64,000 nucleotides of DNA from an uncultured Chloroflexia bacterium (GTDB lineage Bacteria > Chloroflexota > Limnocylindria > Limnocylindrales > CSP1-4). Shown piece by piece: positions 10,002-19,630 of the stretch. The notes below the pieces were generated by a model that saw only the letters and a list, made by a program, of their open reading frames with translations, was not told where the DNA came from and did not search any database. Position 1 is the first letter of the stretch, and every line of letters starts with the position of its first letter. The translations under genes and the position numbers were made by a program. The stretch covers positions 96,001-160,000 of the forward strand of contig CAWFXA010000002.1 of assembly GCA_963819655.1 (NCBI GenBank). The letters run 5' to 3'.

Positions 10002-10477
10002 TCGTCGATCGAGACGTCCGCGACCGCGGCATCGAGCCCGGCGATGAGGTCCGACGGGCTGACGTGGAGGTTCACGCCGAACGCGCCCCCGCCGACCGAG
10101 ACGACCGGCTGGTCCATGACGGTCGCGTCGACGACGACCGGCCACGCCCGCGTCGAGCCGAACGGCGTGATCGTGTACCGCTCGTACCCGGTCACCGCGC
10201 GAGCCTCCTCGGCGTCGGGCAGCGTCATGCGCCGCACCCCGAGGTGGGCGCGGAGCTTCGGCCAGTCGAAGCGGCGGCCTGCGGGCACGAGCACGAACAG
10301 GTAGTCGTCGTCGCCCCGTCGGACGACGATCGTGCGCAGAAGGCCGGCGAGCGGGATCCCCTGCAGCGCGGCGGCCTCCTCGGCGCTGCCTGCCCGCTCG
10401 GTCACGACCACCCGATGCGGGATGTCGGCCGCTGCGATGGCACGCGTCGCGGCCGTCTCGGGCGTCTCGAGGTCCAT
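9995..10477 (-). CDS. YbaK/EbsC aminoacyl-tRNA deacylase family protein
   Basis: SAEEAA..G, TIVV, TGY..ITPFG and VGGG motifs. Confidence 0.88.
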   Translation of the reverse strand: MDLETPETAATRAIAAADIPHRVVVTERAGSAEEAAALQGIPLAGLLRTIVVRRGDDDYLFVLVPAGRRFDWPKLRAHLGVRRMTLPDAEEARAVTGYERYTITPFGSTRAWPVVVDATVMDQPVVSVGGGAFGVNLHVSPSDLIAGLDAAVADVSIDDQ

Positions 10478-10499
10478 GGCCGTGGACGATACTCGGGCG

Positions 10500-11789
10500 G
10501 TGACCTACCCGCGGACTGACGGGCCTCGACTCGGCCTCCGTGCGAACGCCGGCCAGTTCGCTCTGCTGGTCGGTGTCAACTGCCTCGTCGGCGGGATGGT
10601 CGGCCAGGAGCGGACGGTGCTGCCGCTGCTCGGACGGGACGTGTTCGGGCTCGACGGGTTTGCGATCGTGCTCACCTTCCTCGTCGCGTTCGGTTTCAGC
10701 AAGGCGCTGTCCAACCTTGCCGCGGGTGCGCTGGCCGATCGCTTCGGTCGGCGGCCGGTGCTCATCGCCGGCTGGCTGATCGGCGTGCCGGTCCCGTTGC
10801 TGCTCATCTGGGCGCCCTCGTGGGCATGGGTGGTCGTCGCGAACGTGCTGCTCGGGGTCAACCAGGGGTTCACCTGGTCGACCACCGTGACCATGAAGAT
10901 CGACCTGGTCGGCCCGACCCGCCGTGGCCTTGCCCTGGGCCTCAACGAGGCTGCCGGCTACGTCGCGGTTGCCGCCACCGCTCTCGCAACCGGGCTGATC
11001 GCTGCCGAAGCCGGTCTGCGTCCAGCCCCGTTCTATCTCGGACTTGCGTTCGCCGGCCTCGGCCTGGGCGTGTCAGTCCTGTTCGTCAGGGAGACGCGTG
11101 GGCATGTCGAGCTGGAGACCCGCGGCCGACCCACGGCCGGGCCAGCGCCGCCGTGGCGCGACGTCGCGGTGCGCACCACCTGGCGAGATCGATCGCTGTC
11201 GGCGGCATCACAGGCCGGCCTCGTCAACAACCTCAATGACGGAGTGGCGTGGGGGCTGCTGCCCGTGTACTTCGCCGCGGCTGGCCTGACGCTCCCGGAG
11301 ATCGCCGTCCTGGTCGCCGTGTACCCCGCGGTCTGGGGCATCGGCCAGATCGGTATCGGCGCGCTCTCGGACCGCGTCGGACGCAAGGGGCTGATCGTGG
11401 CCGGGATGCTGCTCCAGGCCGCGTCGATCGCGGCGATCGCGCTCGCCACCGGTTTCGGTCCGTGGCTCGTCGCGGCCGTCGGTCTCGGTCTCGGTACGGC
11501 GATGGTCTACCCGACCCTGCTCGCGGTCATCGCCGACGTGGCGGCGCCGGCATGGCGGGCATCCGCGCTCGGCGTGTACCGGCTGTGGCGCGACCTCGGC
11601 TTCGCGATCGGGGCGATCGTGGCGGGCATCATCGCGGACGCAGCGGGGATCCCCGTCGCGATCCTGGCTGTTGCCGCGTTGACGGCCGTGTCCGGTCTCG
11701 TCGTCCTCCGCCGGATGCGCGAGACACTGCCGCATCCCGCGGGCGATCAGGAGGGGAACACGGTGCCGCCATTCGGCGAGAGGATCTGA
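10500..11789 (+). CDS. MFS transporter
   Basis: About 12 TM helices; motif A twice (GALADRFGRR, GALSDRVGRK). Confidence 0.92.
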   Translation: MTYPRTDGPRLGLRANAGQFALLVGVNCLVGGMVGQERTVLPLLGRDVFGLDGFAIVLTFLVAFGFSKALSNLAAGALADRFGRRPVLIAGWLIGVPVPLLLIWAPSWAWVVVANVLLGVNQGFTWSTTVTMKIDLVGPTRRGLALGLNEAAGYVAVAATALATGLIAAEAGLRPAPFYLGLAFAGLGLGVSVLFVRETRGHVELETRGRPTAGPAPPWRDVAVRTTWRDRSLSAASQAGLVNNLNDGVAWGLLPVYFAAAGLTLPEIAVLVAVYPAVWGIGQIGIGALSDRVGRKGLIVAGMLLQAASIAAIALATGFGPWLVAAVGLGLGTAMVYPTLLAVIADVAAPAWRASALGVYRLWRDLGFAIGAIVAGIIADAAGIPVAILAVAALTAVSGLVVLRRMRETLPHPAGDQEGNTVPPFGERI

Positions 11790-12499
11790 CCGACGTAGGG
11801 CTCACCGCCTGGGCCCGCCAGGAAGGCGACCGTGGCCGCGATCTCGTCGGGTTCCAGGAAACGGCCGATCCGCACGCTTGCGAGCTCCGCCGCGATGGCG
11901 GCGGGGTCGTTGTCGCGCAGCATCGGCGTGTCCACCGGACCCGGAGCGACGGCGTTGACCCGGATGCCCGATGGCGCGAGCTGGTACGCGAGGGCTCGCG
12001 TGAAGCCGACCAGCGCGGCCTTGGCGGTCACGTACTGGACGCTCTGGTTGCCCAGCCAGACCGCCTCCGACGCGATGACGACGATCCGGCCACCTTCGGC
12101 GGCGAGCATCCCCGGGAGCACGGCCTTCGTCACGTGGAAGGCACCGTCGACGTGGACGTCGAGCACACCCCGCCAGTCCTCGTACGAGAGATCGACGAAT
12201 CGGCCGGCGCCCGGCACACCGGCGTTGTTGACGAGGATCGAGATCGGGCCGGCGCTCTGGGTCAGCGCGTCGATGGCTGTGCGAACGGCGTCGCGATCGG
12301 TCACCTCCGCGACGAGGGCGGTCCCCCGGCCACCGGCCGTCTCGATCGTGGCGACCACGGCTCGGGCGCCATCGCCGTTCCGATCGAGACACCCGACGAC
12401 GGCACCATCCGCCGCCAGACGGAGCGCCGTCGCCCGTCCGATCCCGGACGCGGCGCCGGTGACAAGCGCGACCTGCCCGTCGAGCGGGCGATCAGGCAT
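11747..12499 (-). CDS. SDR family oxidoreductase
   Basis: TGAASGIG, NNAG, YVTAK, RVNAVAPG. Confidence 0.93.
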   Translation of the reverse strand: MPDRPLDGQVALVTGAASGIGRATALRLAADGAVVGCLDRNGDGARAVVATIETAGGRGTALVAEVTDRDAVRTAIDALTQSAGPISILVNNAGVPGAGRFVDLSYEDWRGVLDVHVDGAFHVTKAVLPGMLAAEGGRIVVIASEAVWLGNQSVQYVTAKAALVGFTRALAYQLAPSGIRVNAVAPGPVDTPMLRDNDPAAIAAELASVRIGRFLEPDEIAATVAFLAGPGGEPYVGQILSPNGGTVFPS

Positions 12500-13250
12500 C
12501 CGCGATCGGGTCGATCAGCTCGATGCGGATGCGCTTGTTGATCCGCCCCTTCGACTCGTATCCGGTGACCCTGATCTGGCCGACCTCGCGGGTGTTCGAG
12601 ACGTGCGTGCCACCATCGGCCTGCAGGTCGAGCCCGACGATCTCGATGGTCCGGATCTCCTCGATCCCGGCCGGCAACAGGTTGATCTTGGTCCGGATGA
12701 GATCCGGGATCGCGAACGCCTCGGCGCGCGGCAGCAGCGCGACGCGGACATCGCGCGCAGCCGAGAGCTCGACGTTCACGGCGGCCTCGATCGAGTCGAC
12801 CAGGTCACCCGACATCGACTCGAACTCGAAATCCATCCGGCCCGAGCCCGGTTCCATGTTGCCGCCCGTCACCTGCGCGCCGTGGTCGCGCCAGACGACG
12901 CCGCACAGCGCGTGCAGCGCCGTGTGGGTGCGCATGAGCGCGAACCGCCGCGCCCAGTCGAGATCGACCTCGAGCGCGTCACCGACGGCTGGCGGATCAC
13001 CGCCAGCCGGTTCGAGCTCATGGACGATCTCGCCGCCGGCCTTGCGCGCACCACGCACCGTCCACGTCCGGCCGTCCGATGCCCGTAGCAGAAGCCCCCG
13101 ATCCGAAGGCTGGCCACCCCCACCGGGATAGAACACGGTCCGATCCAGGACGACGAGAGGTGCATCAGCGACCTCGACGTGCCGGACGCGCGCCTCCGCC
13201 GAGCGAGCGTAGGCGTCGGTGTAGGCGAGCTGTTCGCCGACGGGCGTCAC
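12492..13250 (-). CDS. Alanyl-tRNA editing protein, AlaX type
   Basis: LDRTVFYPGGGGQPSDRG, MRTHTALH, DGGTH. Confidence 0.92.
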   Translation of the reverse strand: MTPVGEQLAYTDAYARSAEARVRHVEVADAPLVVLDRTVFYPGGGGQPSDRGLLLRASDGRTWTVRGARKAGGEIVHELEPAGGDPPAVGDALEVDLDWARRFALMRTHTALHALCGVVWRDHGAQVTGGNMEPGSGRMDFEFESMSGDLVDSIEAAVNVELSAARDVRVALLPRAEAFAIPDLIRTKINLLPAGIEEIRTIEIVGLDLQADGGTHVSNTREVGQIRVTGYESKGRINKRIRIELIDPIADA

Positions 13251-13732
13251 CCGGCGGTGAGTGTCCCGGTCATCGTCGGGTGCACCGTGCACAGGAACGT
13301 GTACTGACCGGCGGCGAGGGCGGGCACGTCGTACACCATCTCGGCGACGCCCGTGATGATGTCGCCCTTGAGCGGCGATGAACCACTGGCGTCCTTCACC
13401 TCGACGTTGTGCGCGATGCCGGGATCGTTGTTCTTGAAGTCGATCTGGAACGGCTGGTCGGCCGGCGCGGTCAACGCTGCCGTGTTGAACAGGATGTTCT
13501 CGGCCTCCAGCTCGAGCACGGCCCCGGCACCAGCGGAGCCGCTCGGACTCGCCGGCGCGCTCGCCGACGCGCTAGCGGAGGCGCTCGCGGGCGGCGCGGA
13601 GCCGCTCGGAAGGACGCTCGGGATGGGTGTGGGCGACGGGGCCGGAGCGTAGGTCCAGCCGGGCTGGGCTGCCGTGCACGCAGAGAGCGCCGTGACGGCG
13701 AGGACGGCGGACAGGGTTCGAAGCGTTCGCAT
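13247..13732 (-). CDS. Cupredoxin-domain lipoprotein
   Basis: Lipobox LSAC, Ser/Ala/Pro linker, type-1 copper ligands HNV..C-x2-H-x2-M. Confidence 0.88.
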   Translation of the reverse strand: MRTLRTLSAVLAVTALSACTAAQPGWTYAPAPSPTPIPSVLPSGSAPPASASASASASAPASPSGSAGAGAVLELEAENILFNTAALTAPADQPFQIDFKNNDPGIAHNVEVKDASGSSPLKGDIITGVAEMVYDVPALAAGQYTFLCTVHPTMTGTLTAG

Positions 13733-13818
13733 GGATTCGGGGGACCTCTCGGATCGCCTGGATGACCGCGGTCGTGTGTTCGCGACGATGCTACCGAATC
13801 GCGGCCGCCCGGGTCCGA

Positions 13819-13852
13819 CCAGTACCTCAGACCCAGTACCTCACCAGTACCA
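13819..13852. repeat. Three direct repeats CCAGTACC(TCA), candidate activator sites
   Basis: Copies at 13819, 13833 and 13844, just upstream of TTGTTT-17nt-TAGCCT (13862-13890). Confidence 0.7.
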
Positions 13853-13951
13853 TCGTCCGGATTGTTTCGGGACCATCGCGGGACTAGCCTGCTCTTCCCC
13901 ATGCGGGTGCGAACAACGCGCCACAGGGGAGACCGGAGCCCGATCCGACCC

Positions 13952-14050
13952 ATGATCCGACCTGTCATCGATCGAGCCTGGCGCGTCGCCATGATCCTTG
14001 GCCCGATCCTCGCCATCGCTCTCACATTGGTCGCCGCTCGCCGCTGGTAG
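13952..14050 (+). CDS. Small single-TM peptide (32 aa; alternative in-frame ATG at 13901 gives 49 aa)
   Basis: MIRPVIDRAWRVAMILGPILAIALTLVAARRW; candidate promoter upstream, terminator downstream. Confidence 0.55.
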   Translation: MIRPVIDRAWRVAMILGPILAIALTLVAARRW

Positions 14051-14151
14051 AGCCAGCGGCCGAAAGGCCGGCCCGAATCGGTCGCGATCTCGCGGCCGAC
14101 CACCATCGATTTTCGCTCGCCGGACATTGCTGGCCGGCGATCGTCCTCATT

Positions 14152-14190
14152 CGAGACCCGGAGACCTCCCTCCGGGTCTCGCTCTTTGTG
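14152..14190 (+). terminator. Intrinsic terminator hairpin
   Basis: 12-bp perfect stem CGAGACCCGGAG/CTCCGGGTCTCG followed by CTCTTTGTG. Confidence 0.75.
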
Positions 14191-14206
14191 CCGGGGGATC
14201 CGTCCG

Positions 14207-17200
14207 TCAGGCCTTCTCGGTCAGCCCCAGCCGGATCGCGACAGCGGCTGCCTCGACCCGACCCGACACGCGCAGCTTCGCCAGGATGTTGCCGACGTGG
14301 ACGCCGACGGTCTTCTGGCTGATGAACAGTCGCTCACCGATCTCGCGGTTGGTCCGGCCTCGAGAGATCTGGGCGAGGACCTCGCGTTCGCGTCCGCTCA
14401 GGCCGAACGTGTCGCGACTCGCAGGTGGCTCGACCGGTCCGCCGAGTTGCCACGCATCGGCCTGGTCCGAGCCATCAGCGCCGACCGGCATGAGCGCGGC
14501 GGCGACCGGCGCGGGGGCGATGACGCCGACCAGTTCGCGTCGTCGATCGTCCGGTCCCGCCAGGGCTTGATCGACCTCGGGTGGCAGCTGGATGAGCGCT
14601 CGACCCGCCAGCTCGCGCAGCTCGCGCAGCAGCGGCAGTGCCCCGAGCGCGAGTGCCGTGTCGACGGCTTCCATCAGCGGGATCCGGGCGTCTGCCCGAC
14701 CCGCGCGGCCGGCTCCCGACGCGAGCATCGCCTCGGACTCGTGCCACCGCGCGCGGGCGGTCTCGTACGGGATGTGCAGCGCGCTCCATGCATCGCCGAC
14801 CGCGGTCCAGGTAGCGGGGTCGTCGCGCGCATCGACGCGCCGCCGATGGGCACGTGCCGTCGACAGCCACGCGTCCGCCAGCCGGCGGGACCCCAACGAC
14901 GGAGCGACGCCGTGGCGCTTGACGATCGCCTCGGCTGCGCGGATCACGTCGCGGGCTCGCTCGCGGGCGGCGGCGAGACCGGCCAGGTCGCGCTGTTCGC
15001 GTGATTCGGCCGCGGCCGCCGCCTCGACCTCGATGACCGCGGTCGCCGTCCGCGCGGCCAGGATCCAGTCCTCCGTCTCACGGACGAGTGACCAGCCCCG
15101 ATCGGCAGCTCGACGGGCATCGGCCAGGTCGCCCCGCCACAACGCGAAGGAGGCGGAGGCGAGGTGGAGCGGCACCGCCTGCTGGGCATCCCTGACAGCC
15201 TCGAGCTCTAGCAGCGTCTGACCGAGGAGGCGGCCGGCCGCCTCGCCGGCGGACAGCTCGATCTCGACGGTCGCGAGAGAGACCAGCGCGTTGAGGAAGT
15301 TGATGCCGGCGGGCAGCCACTCGAGCGCGGTCATGCTCATCGCCCGCGCCTCCTCCCAGCGCCCGAGCAGGAAGAGCGAATCCGCCGCGTTGCCGCGCAG
15401 GACGTTGCCGTACACGGCCTCGAGGCCGGCGGCCTTGGCGGCCTCGATCCCGGCCGATGCGACCGTGACCGCATCCTCGTGCCGGCCGGCCAGCTCGAGG
15501 ACCGTGGTGAGGTTGGCATGGATGCGGAACAGCTCGTCGAGGTCGCCGAGCTCTTCGGCCATCGCCCGAGCGTCGGTCAACATCGCCAGCGCCGCCTCTG
15601 GATCCGCGCGCCAGCCGAGAGAGACGCCGAGTGTCGTCGTGGCGTGCAGCTCCCAGCGGCGCGCCGGAGGATCGCACGCCTTCGCGATCCGGATCGCGTC
15701 GCGCGCGAGTCGATCGGCCTCGGAGAACGTGCCTTCGAGCATGAGCATCTGCGCCAGTCCGGCGACGACGGCCGCTCGGGCCGGGGACGGCGTGGTCGGA
15801 ACGAGATCGACTGCCCGGCGCCGGGCTGCGAGCGAGCCCTCCGCGTCCCCGGCCACCCGGCGGAACTGAGCCAGCCGGTCGTAGATGAGACCAAGCCGCG
15901 TGCGGTCGCGGCGTCCGTCCGTGGAGGCGATCGCCGCATCGAGGTATGCCGCGGCCCGGACGGGCCGACCGGCTGCGAATGCCGCTTCGGCCGCGCGCGC
16001 GTTCATCTCGGTCGGTGGCAGCACCGGTGGGTCGCTCCGGCGCCGACCGCCGTGGCGCGATGTGACGCCGGTCGCGCTGCCGGCCGCGATCGCCAGCTCG
16101 AGCGCATCCAGCTCATCGAGCGGCGCATCGATCGCCGCGGCTGCATCGGCTGCGGCGATCGCCGCATGACGCACCGCGACAGGGTCGAGAGCGGTCCGGA
16201 AATGGTGCACGGCCACGAATGGCTGGTCGTCGAGCGCGCGCGCGACCGCTGCGTGATGGCGGATACGCATCGACGGCAGGAGGTCGGCCTCGATCGCCCG
16301 GCCGACGAGCTCGTGGCGGAGCGCCAGGCCGGTATCGTCCTCGAGGACGAACCCGTACTCGATCGCCTCGTCGAGGCCGTGGGCCAGGTCGGCGTCGAGG
16401 ACGCCGTCGCCGCGCCGCGGCGCATGGGACGAGCGCGGCGGAGCGCTCGTCAGGTCCGCCTCGAACGCTTCGGCGATCGATGCCAGGTCCGCTCGTTTGA
16501 GCGGCCGCCCGGCCGGGGCCAGCAGGCGCAGCACCCGTCGCGCCTCCGGCGAACGGGCGGCGATCCGCGCGAGGACGAGATCCTGGAACGATGACGTGAG
16601 GGACACCGTGGGCAGCTCGCGCCGTGCCGCGAGGAGCTCCTCGGCGACCAGCGGGCGCCCGCCGGAGCGCTCGGCGACCACGACAAGCACGCTCGCCGAC
16701 GGCCGCGCGTCCTCGATCGACTCGATCAGCCTCGCCAGCTCGTCGCGCCGAAGGGGTGCGAGCGTGAGCCGGGCCGGGGGTCGTGGCGCCGCGTCGAGGC
16801 TGGTCAGGTCCACCGACCACGGATCCTCGCGCCTGATCGCGTCGGCCTGGTAGGTGGCGACCACCGCGAGCCGGTGGGACCGGGCGATCCGGGCAAGGAA
16901 CGTGACGAGCGCGCGCGTCCCTGCGTCGGCGCGGTGGAGGTCTTCCATGATCAGCAGGACCGGTTGCCGCTCGCCGAGTCGGCCGACCACGCCGAGCACG
17001 CCCTCGAGCAGCCTGGCCTGACGGCGCTCCGGCACGGCGGTCAGGATCCGGCGCCCGGCCGTTCCCGGCGGCTCGACGCGTTCCGCGAGCTCCGGGATCA
17101 GCCGGACGAGCTCATCCGTCGCGGTGCCAAGGACCCTCGCGAGCTCATCGTCCGGCAGCTCCGCAAGGACGGGTCGGAGCGCGCGCACCAGCGGTTGGTA

Positions 17201-17434
17201 CGGCGCGTCGGTCCCCGGGCCGAACGCCCCGCCCCGGAGGACGGCCATCGGCTCCTGGAGGCCGGCGACGCGGCGGATCGCCTCATCGATGAAGCGACTC
17301 GTGCCGACGCCGGCCGTCCCGTCGACGAGGAGCGTCCCAGAAGCGCCCGCCGAGGCCGATCGGAGAACGGTCGCGAGCCTCGCGAATGCGTCCTCTCGGC
17401 CCACGAACCGCGCGCTCGTGTAGGTGGCGCCCAT
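14207..17434 (-). CDS. Large ATP-binding LuxR-family (STAND/LAL-type) regulator: AAA, TPR-like, HTH
   Basis: FVGRE start, GTAGVGTS P-loop, EDLHRAD Walker B, C-terminal LSGREREVL..GRTNREIGERLFISQKTV..H; ATG 7 nt after TACGAT. Confidence 0.92.
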   Translation of the reverse strand: MGATYTSARFVGREDAFARLATVLRSASAGASGTLLVDGTAGVGTSRFIDEAIRRVAGLQEPMAVLRGGAFGPGTDAPYQPLVRALRPVLAELPDDELARVLGTATDELVRLIPELAERVEPPGTAGRRILTAVPERRQARLLEGVLGVVGRLGERQPVLLIMEDLHRADAGTRALVTFLARIARSHRLAVVATYQADAIRREDPWSVDLTSLDAAPRPPARLTLAPLRRDELARLIESIEDARPSASVLVVVAERSGGRPLVAEELLAARRELPTVSLTSSFQDLVLARIAARSPEARRVLRLLAPAGRPLKRADLASIAEAFEADLTSAPPRSSHAPRRGDGVLDADLAHGLDEAIEYGFVLEDDTGLALRHELVGRAIEADLLPSMRIRHHAAVARALDDQPFVAVHHFRTALDPVAVRHAAIAAADAAAAIDAPLDELDALELAIAAGSATGVTSRHGGRRRSDPPVLPPTEMNARAAEAAFAAGRPVRAAAYLDAAIASTDGRRDRTRLGLIYDRLAQFRRVAGDAEGSLAARRRAVDLVPTTPSPARAAVVAGLAQMLMLEGTFSEADRLARDAIRIAKACDPPARRWELHATTTLGVSLGWRADPEAALAMLTDARAMAEELGDLDELFRIHANLTTVLELAGRHEDAVTVASAGIEAAKAAGLEAVYGNVLRGNAADSLFLLGRWEEARAMSMTALEWLPAGINFLNALVSLATVEIELSAGEAAGRLLGQTLLELEAVRDAQQAVPLHLASASFALWRGDLADARRAADRGWSLVRETEDWILAARTATAVIEVEAAAAAESREQRDLAGLAAARERARDVIRAAEAIVKRHGVAPSLGSRRLADAWLSTARAHRRRVDARDDPATWTAVGDAWSALHIPYETARARWHESEAMLASGAGRAGRADARIPLMEAVDTALALGALPLLRELRELAGRALIQLPPEVDQALAGPDDRRRELVGVIAPAPVAAALMPVGADGSDQADAWQLGGPVEPPASRDTFGLSGREREVLAQISRGRTNREIGERLFISQKTVGVHVGNILAKLRVSGRVEAAAVAIRLGLTEKA

Positions 17435-17534
17435 CGAACCCATCGTACACAACGGTGGGAGCCGCTCATCCGTCCGCTGACGACGCGCGTATCCCGGTCG
17501 CGACCGACGGACTGGTCGCCCGATGGAGGTGGAG

Positions 17535-17921
17535 ATGAACCCTGTCAAGGCGTGGGCCACGCTCGCCGGGATCGTTCTAGTGGCGACCGGCCTGCTCGGA
17601 TTCCTCGGAACGCCGCTGGTCGGCAGCGCATCGGGCGCCCTCGTCCCGACGGACGGGCTGCACAACGTGGTGCACCTCGGCACCGGCGCGCTGGCCCTGT
17701 GGATCGCGTTCGGAACGACCGGCAAGACCCAGGTCGATGCGCTGCTCGGCTTCGGGATCCTGTACGTCGTGATCTTCGTCGCGGTCCTCATCAGCCCGAC
17801 GCTCTTCGGGCTGTTCTCGGTGCCGGCAAACGCGGTCGTCCATGTGATCCATGCCGCGGTGGCCGTCGTGAGCCTCGGCGTCGCGCTCATGGCACGCGGC
17901 AGCGAACCGGCCCGCATCTAG
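17535..17921 (+). CDS. DUF4383-like small membrane protein
   Basis: Four TM helices, LHNVVHL..G motif; GGAGGT RBS. Confidence 0.75.
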   Translation: MNPVKAWATLAGIVLVATGLLGFLGTPLVGSASGALVPTDGLHNVVHLGTGALALWIAFGTTGKTQVDALLGFGILYVVIFVAVLISPTLFGLFSVPANAVVHVIHAAVAVVSLGVALMARGSEPARI

Positions 17922-17935
17922 GCCGAACCGAACCC

Positions 17936-18631
17936 TTGCCGGGCGCGCACGAGACCCACGCGTCGATCGAGGTCCTTGCCGCGGCCGTCCTGTCTGTGGG
18001 CGGCGCGGCGATCCTCGTTCACGCGTGGGTCGATCGTCGTTCCGGGCGCCGGATCGTGGGGCTCCGCACATCGCCCACTCGGCCGCGACACGACGTCGTC
18101 AGGCGCTCCGCGCGGTCCCTCGTCGTCGTCCTGTCGGCGGGCGCGGCGGCCATCCATCTCGCCGCGGGGCCCGAGCACGTCGAGGCCCTCGGCGATCTCG
18201 GGTTGGCGTTCTACTGGGCGGCCCTGTTCCAGGCCGGGTTCGCCGTCGCGTGCCTTTGGGACCGCCCGGGCCGGTTCCTGATCGTCGTCGGGATCGTCGC
18301 CAACGCCTTGCTCGTCGGGGCGTGGGGGTGGTCGCGGACCGTCGGCCTGCCCTTCGTCGCCGGCGGGCCGGAGGCGATCGGTCTGGCGGACGCCGTCGCG
18401 GTCCTGCTGGAGCTGGGCATCGTGGCGCTGCTCCTGGCGCCGGCCATAGGTCTGGGCGGGCGCCTCGCGAAGGGCGTTCGACCGAGCGCCCTCCGGACCG
18501 CCGCGACCTCGGGTGTCGTGGCGATCGCGGGCGTCGCCGTGCTCGCGGCCTCGATCGCGGTGGCCGATGCGACCGGCGCGCACCACGCTGCCGGGACCGG
18601 ACACGACATGTCGGGCATCGAGATCCGCTAG
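17936..18631 (+). CDS. Hypothetical membrane protein
   Basis: Several TM helices, AAAIHL..H and SRTVGLP..PE..D motifs, His-containing tail; start (TTG) uncertain. Confidence 0.65.
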   Translation: MPGAHETHASIEVLAAAVLSVGGAAILVHAWVDRRSGRRIVGLRTSPTRPRHDVVRRSARSLVVVLSAGAAAIHLAAGPEHVEALGDLGLAFYWAALFQAGFAVACLWDRPGRFLIVVGIVANALLVGAWGWSRTVGLPFVAGGPEAIGLADAVAVLLELGIVALLLAPAIGLGGRLAKGVRPSALRTAATSGVVAIAGVAVLAASIAVADATGAHHAAGTGHDMSGIEIR

Positions 18632-18658
18632 GGGACGCGAGCGACTACGCTGCGCGTC

Positions 18659-19630
18659 GTGACTGACGGCCGCCGAGCCCCCCACCCCGACAACACCCTC
18701 AACGAACTGCCCGGCGAGGAGTGGCTCTACTTCACGAAGTCGGTCCTGACGACGGCCTATCCCTCGGAGCTCGGGCACGTGGCGCGCAAGGCGCACGGTG
18801 CCAACAAGCCACCGCGGCTCATGGCCCGCCTGATCGAGTTCTTCAGCAAGACCGATGAGCTCGTGCTCGACCCGTTCGCCGGCGTCGGCGGCACGCTGAT
18901 CGGCGCCGCGATCGCCCGCGGTCCTCGGCGTGCGCTCGGCATCGAGCTCGACCCGCGTTGGGTGGCGGTGTACGAGGAGGTCGTCGCCGGGCTGGCCGCC
19001 GAGCGCGACGGGCACGGCCCGGCCATCGCGGATCTCGGGACGGCGGATCCGGGCCCGACTCGATCGTTCGATCCGGCTGGCCTCGAGATGCGGACCGGTG
19101 ACGCGCTCGACATCCTGCCGACCCTCGCCGAGGCCTCGGTCGACCTCGTGGCGACCGACCCGCCGTACAACATCCAGCTGCCGTTGACGATGGCCGGCGG
19201 CAAGCTCGCAGAGACCCACGCCAACCGCCGGACCGACTACGCGATGATCAGCGACGCGCCGGCCGACCTCGCCAACGCTGCCGACTACGGCTCGTTCCTC
19301 GAGGCGATGGGCCGGGTGTTCGCTGAGCTCGCGCGCGTCGTGCGACCGGGCCGCTACGCTATCGTCATCGTGCGCGACGCGTACCAGGCTGGCCGCTACC
19401 AGTTCGTGGGGGCCGATCTGGCCGCCCGTGCCGACGCGGCCGGCCTCGTGCCCAAGGGCGACCTCATCTGGCACCAGGCGGGGACGCGGCTGCGGCCCTA
19501 CGGGTACCCGCGCGTGTTCGTCCCGAACATCGCGCACCAGCACATCCTGGTGCTGCGGCGCGAGCCGGTCGGGCGCGAACGGCCGCGCCGGGACCGGCCG
19601 GCTCAGCCCCGGCGGCGACTCTCCATGTAG
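18659..19630 (+). CDS. N4-C/N6-A DNA methyltransferase with permuted motif order
   Basis: H..KP..L..LI..VLDPFAGVGGT (motifs X, I) precedes GDA..L..SVDLVATDPPY (motif IV). Confidence 0.85.
   Translation: MTDGRRAPHPDNTLNELPGEEWLYFTKSVLTTAYPSELGHVARKAHGANKPPRLMARLIEFFSKTDELVLDPFAGVGGTLIGAAIARGPRRALGIELDPRWVAVYEEVVAGLAAERDGHGPAIADLGTADPGPTRSFDPAGLEMRTGDALDILPTLAEASVDLVATDPPYNIQLPLTMAGGKLAETHANRRTDYAMISDAPADLANAADYGSFLEAMGRVFAELARVVRPGRYAIVIVRDAYQAGRYQFVGADLAARADAAGLVPKGDLIWHQAGTRLRPYGYPRVFVPNIAHQHILVLRREPVGRERPRRDRPAQPRRRLSM

Noticed and set aside
12595-12625. AlaX zinc motif DGGTH instead of CGGTH
   Set aside because: To my knowledge a common variant in bacterial AlaX proteins, not novel
9995-13250. 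YbaK and AlaX editing factors close together as a fidelity island tied to tRNA(UAU)
   Set aside because: Separated by unrelated genes, and neither is known to act on Ile/Met decoding; no support
17435-17917. N-terminal extension of the LuxR ORF to 1236 aa
   Set aside because: Overlaps the plus-strand DUF4383-like gene; a -10 box supports the 17434 start
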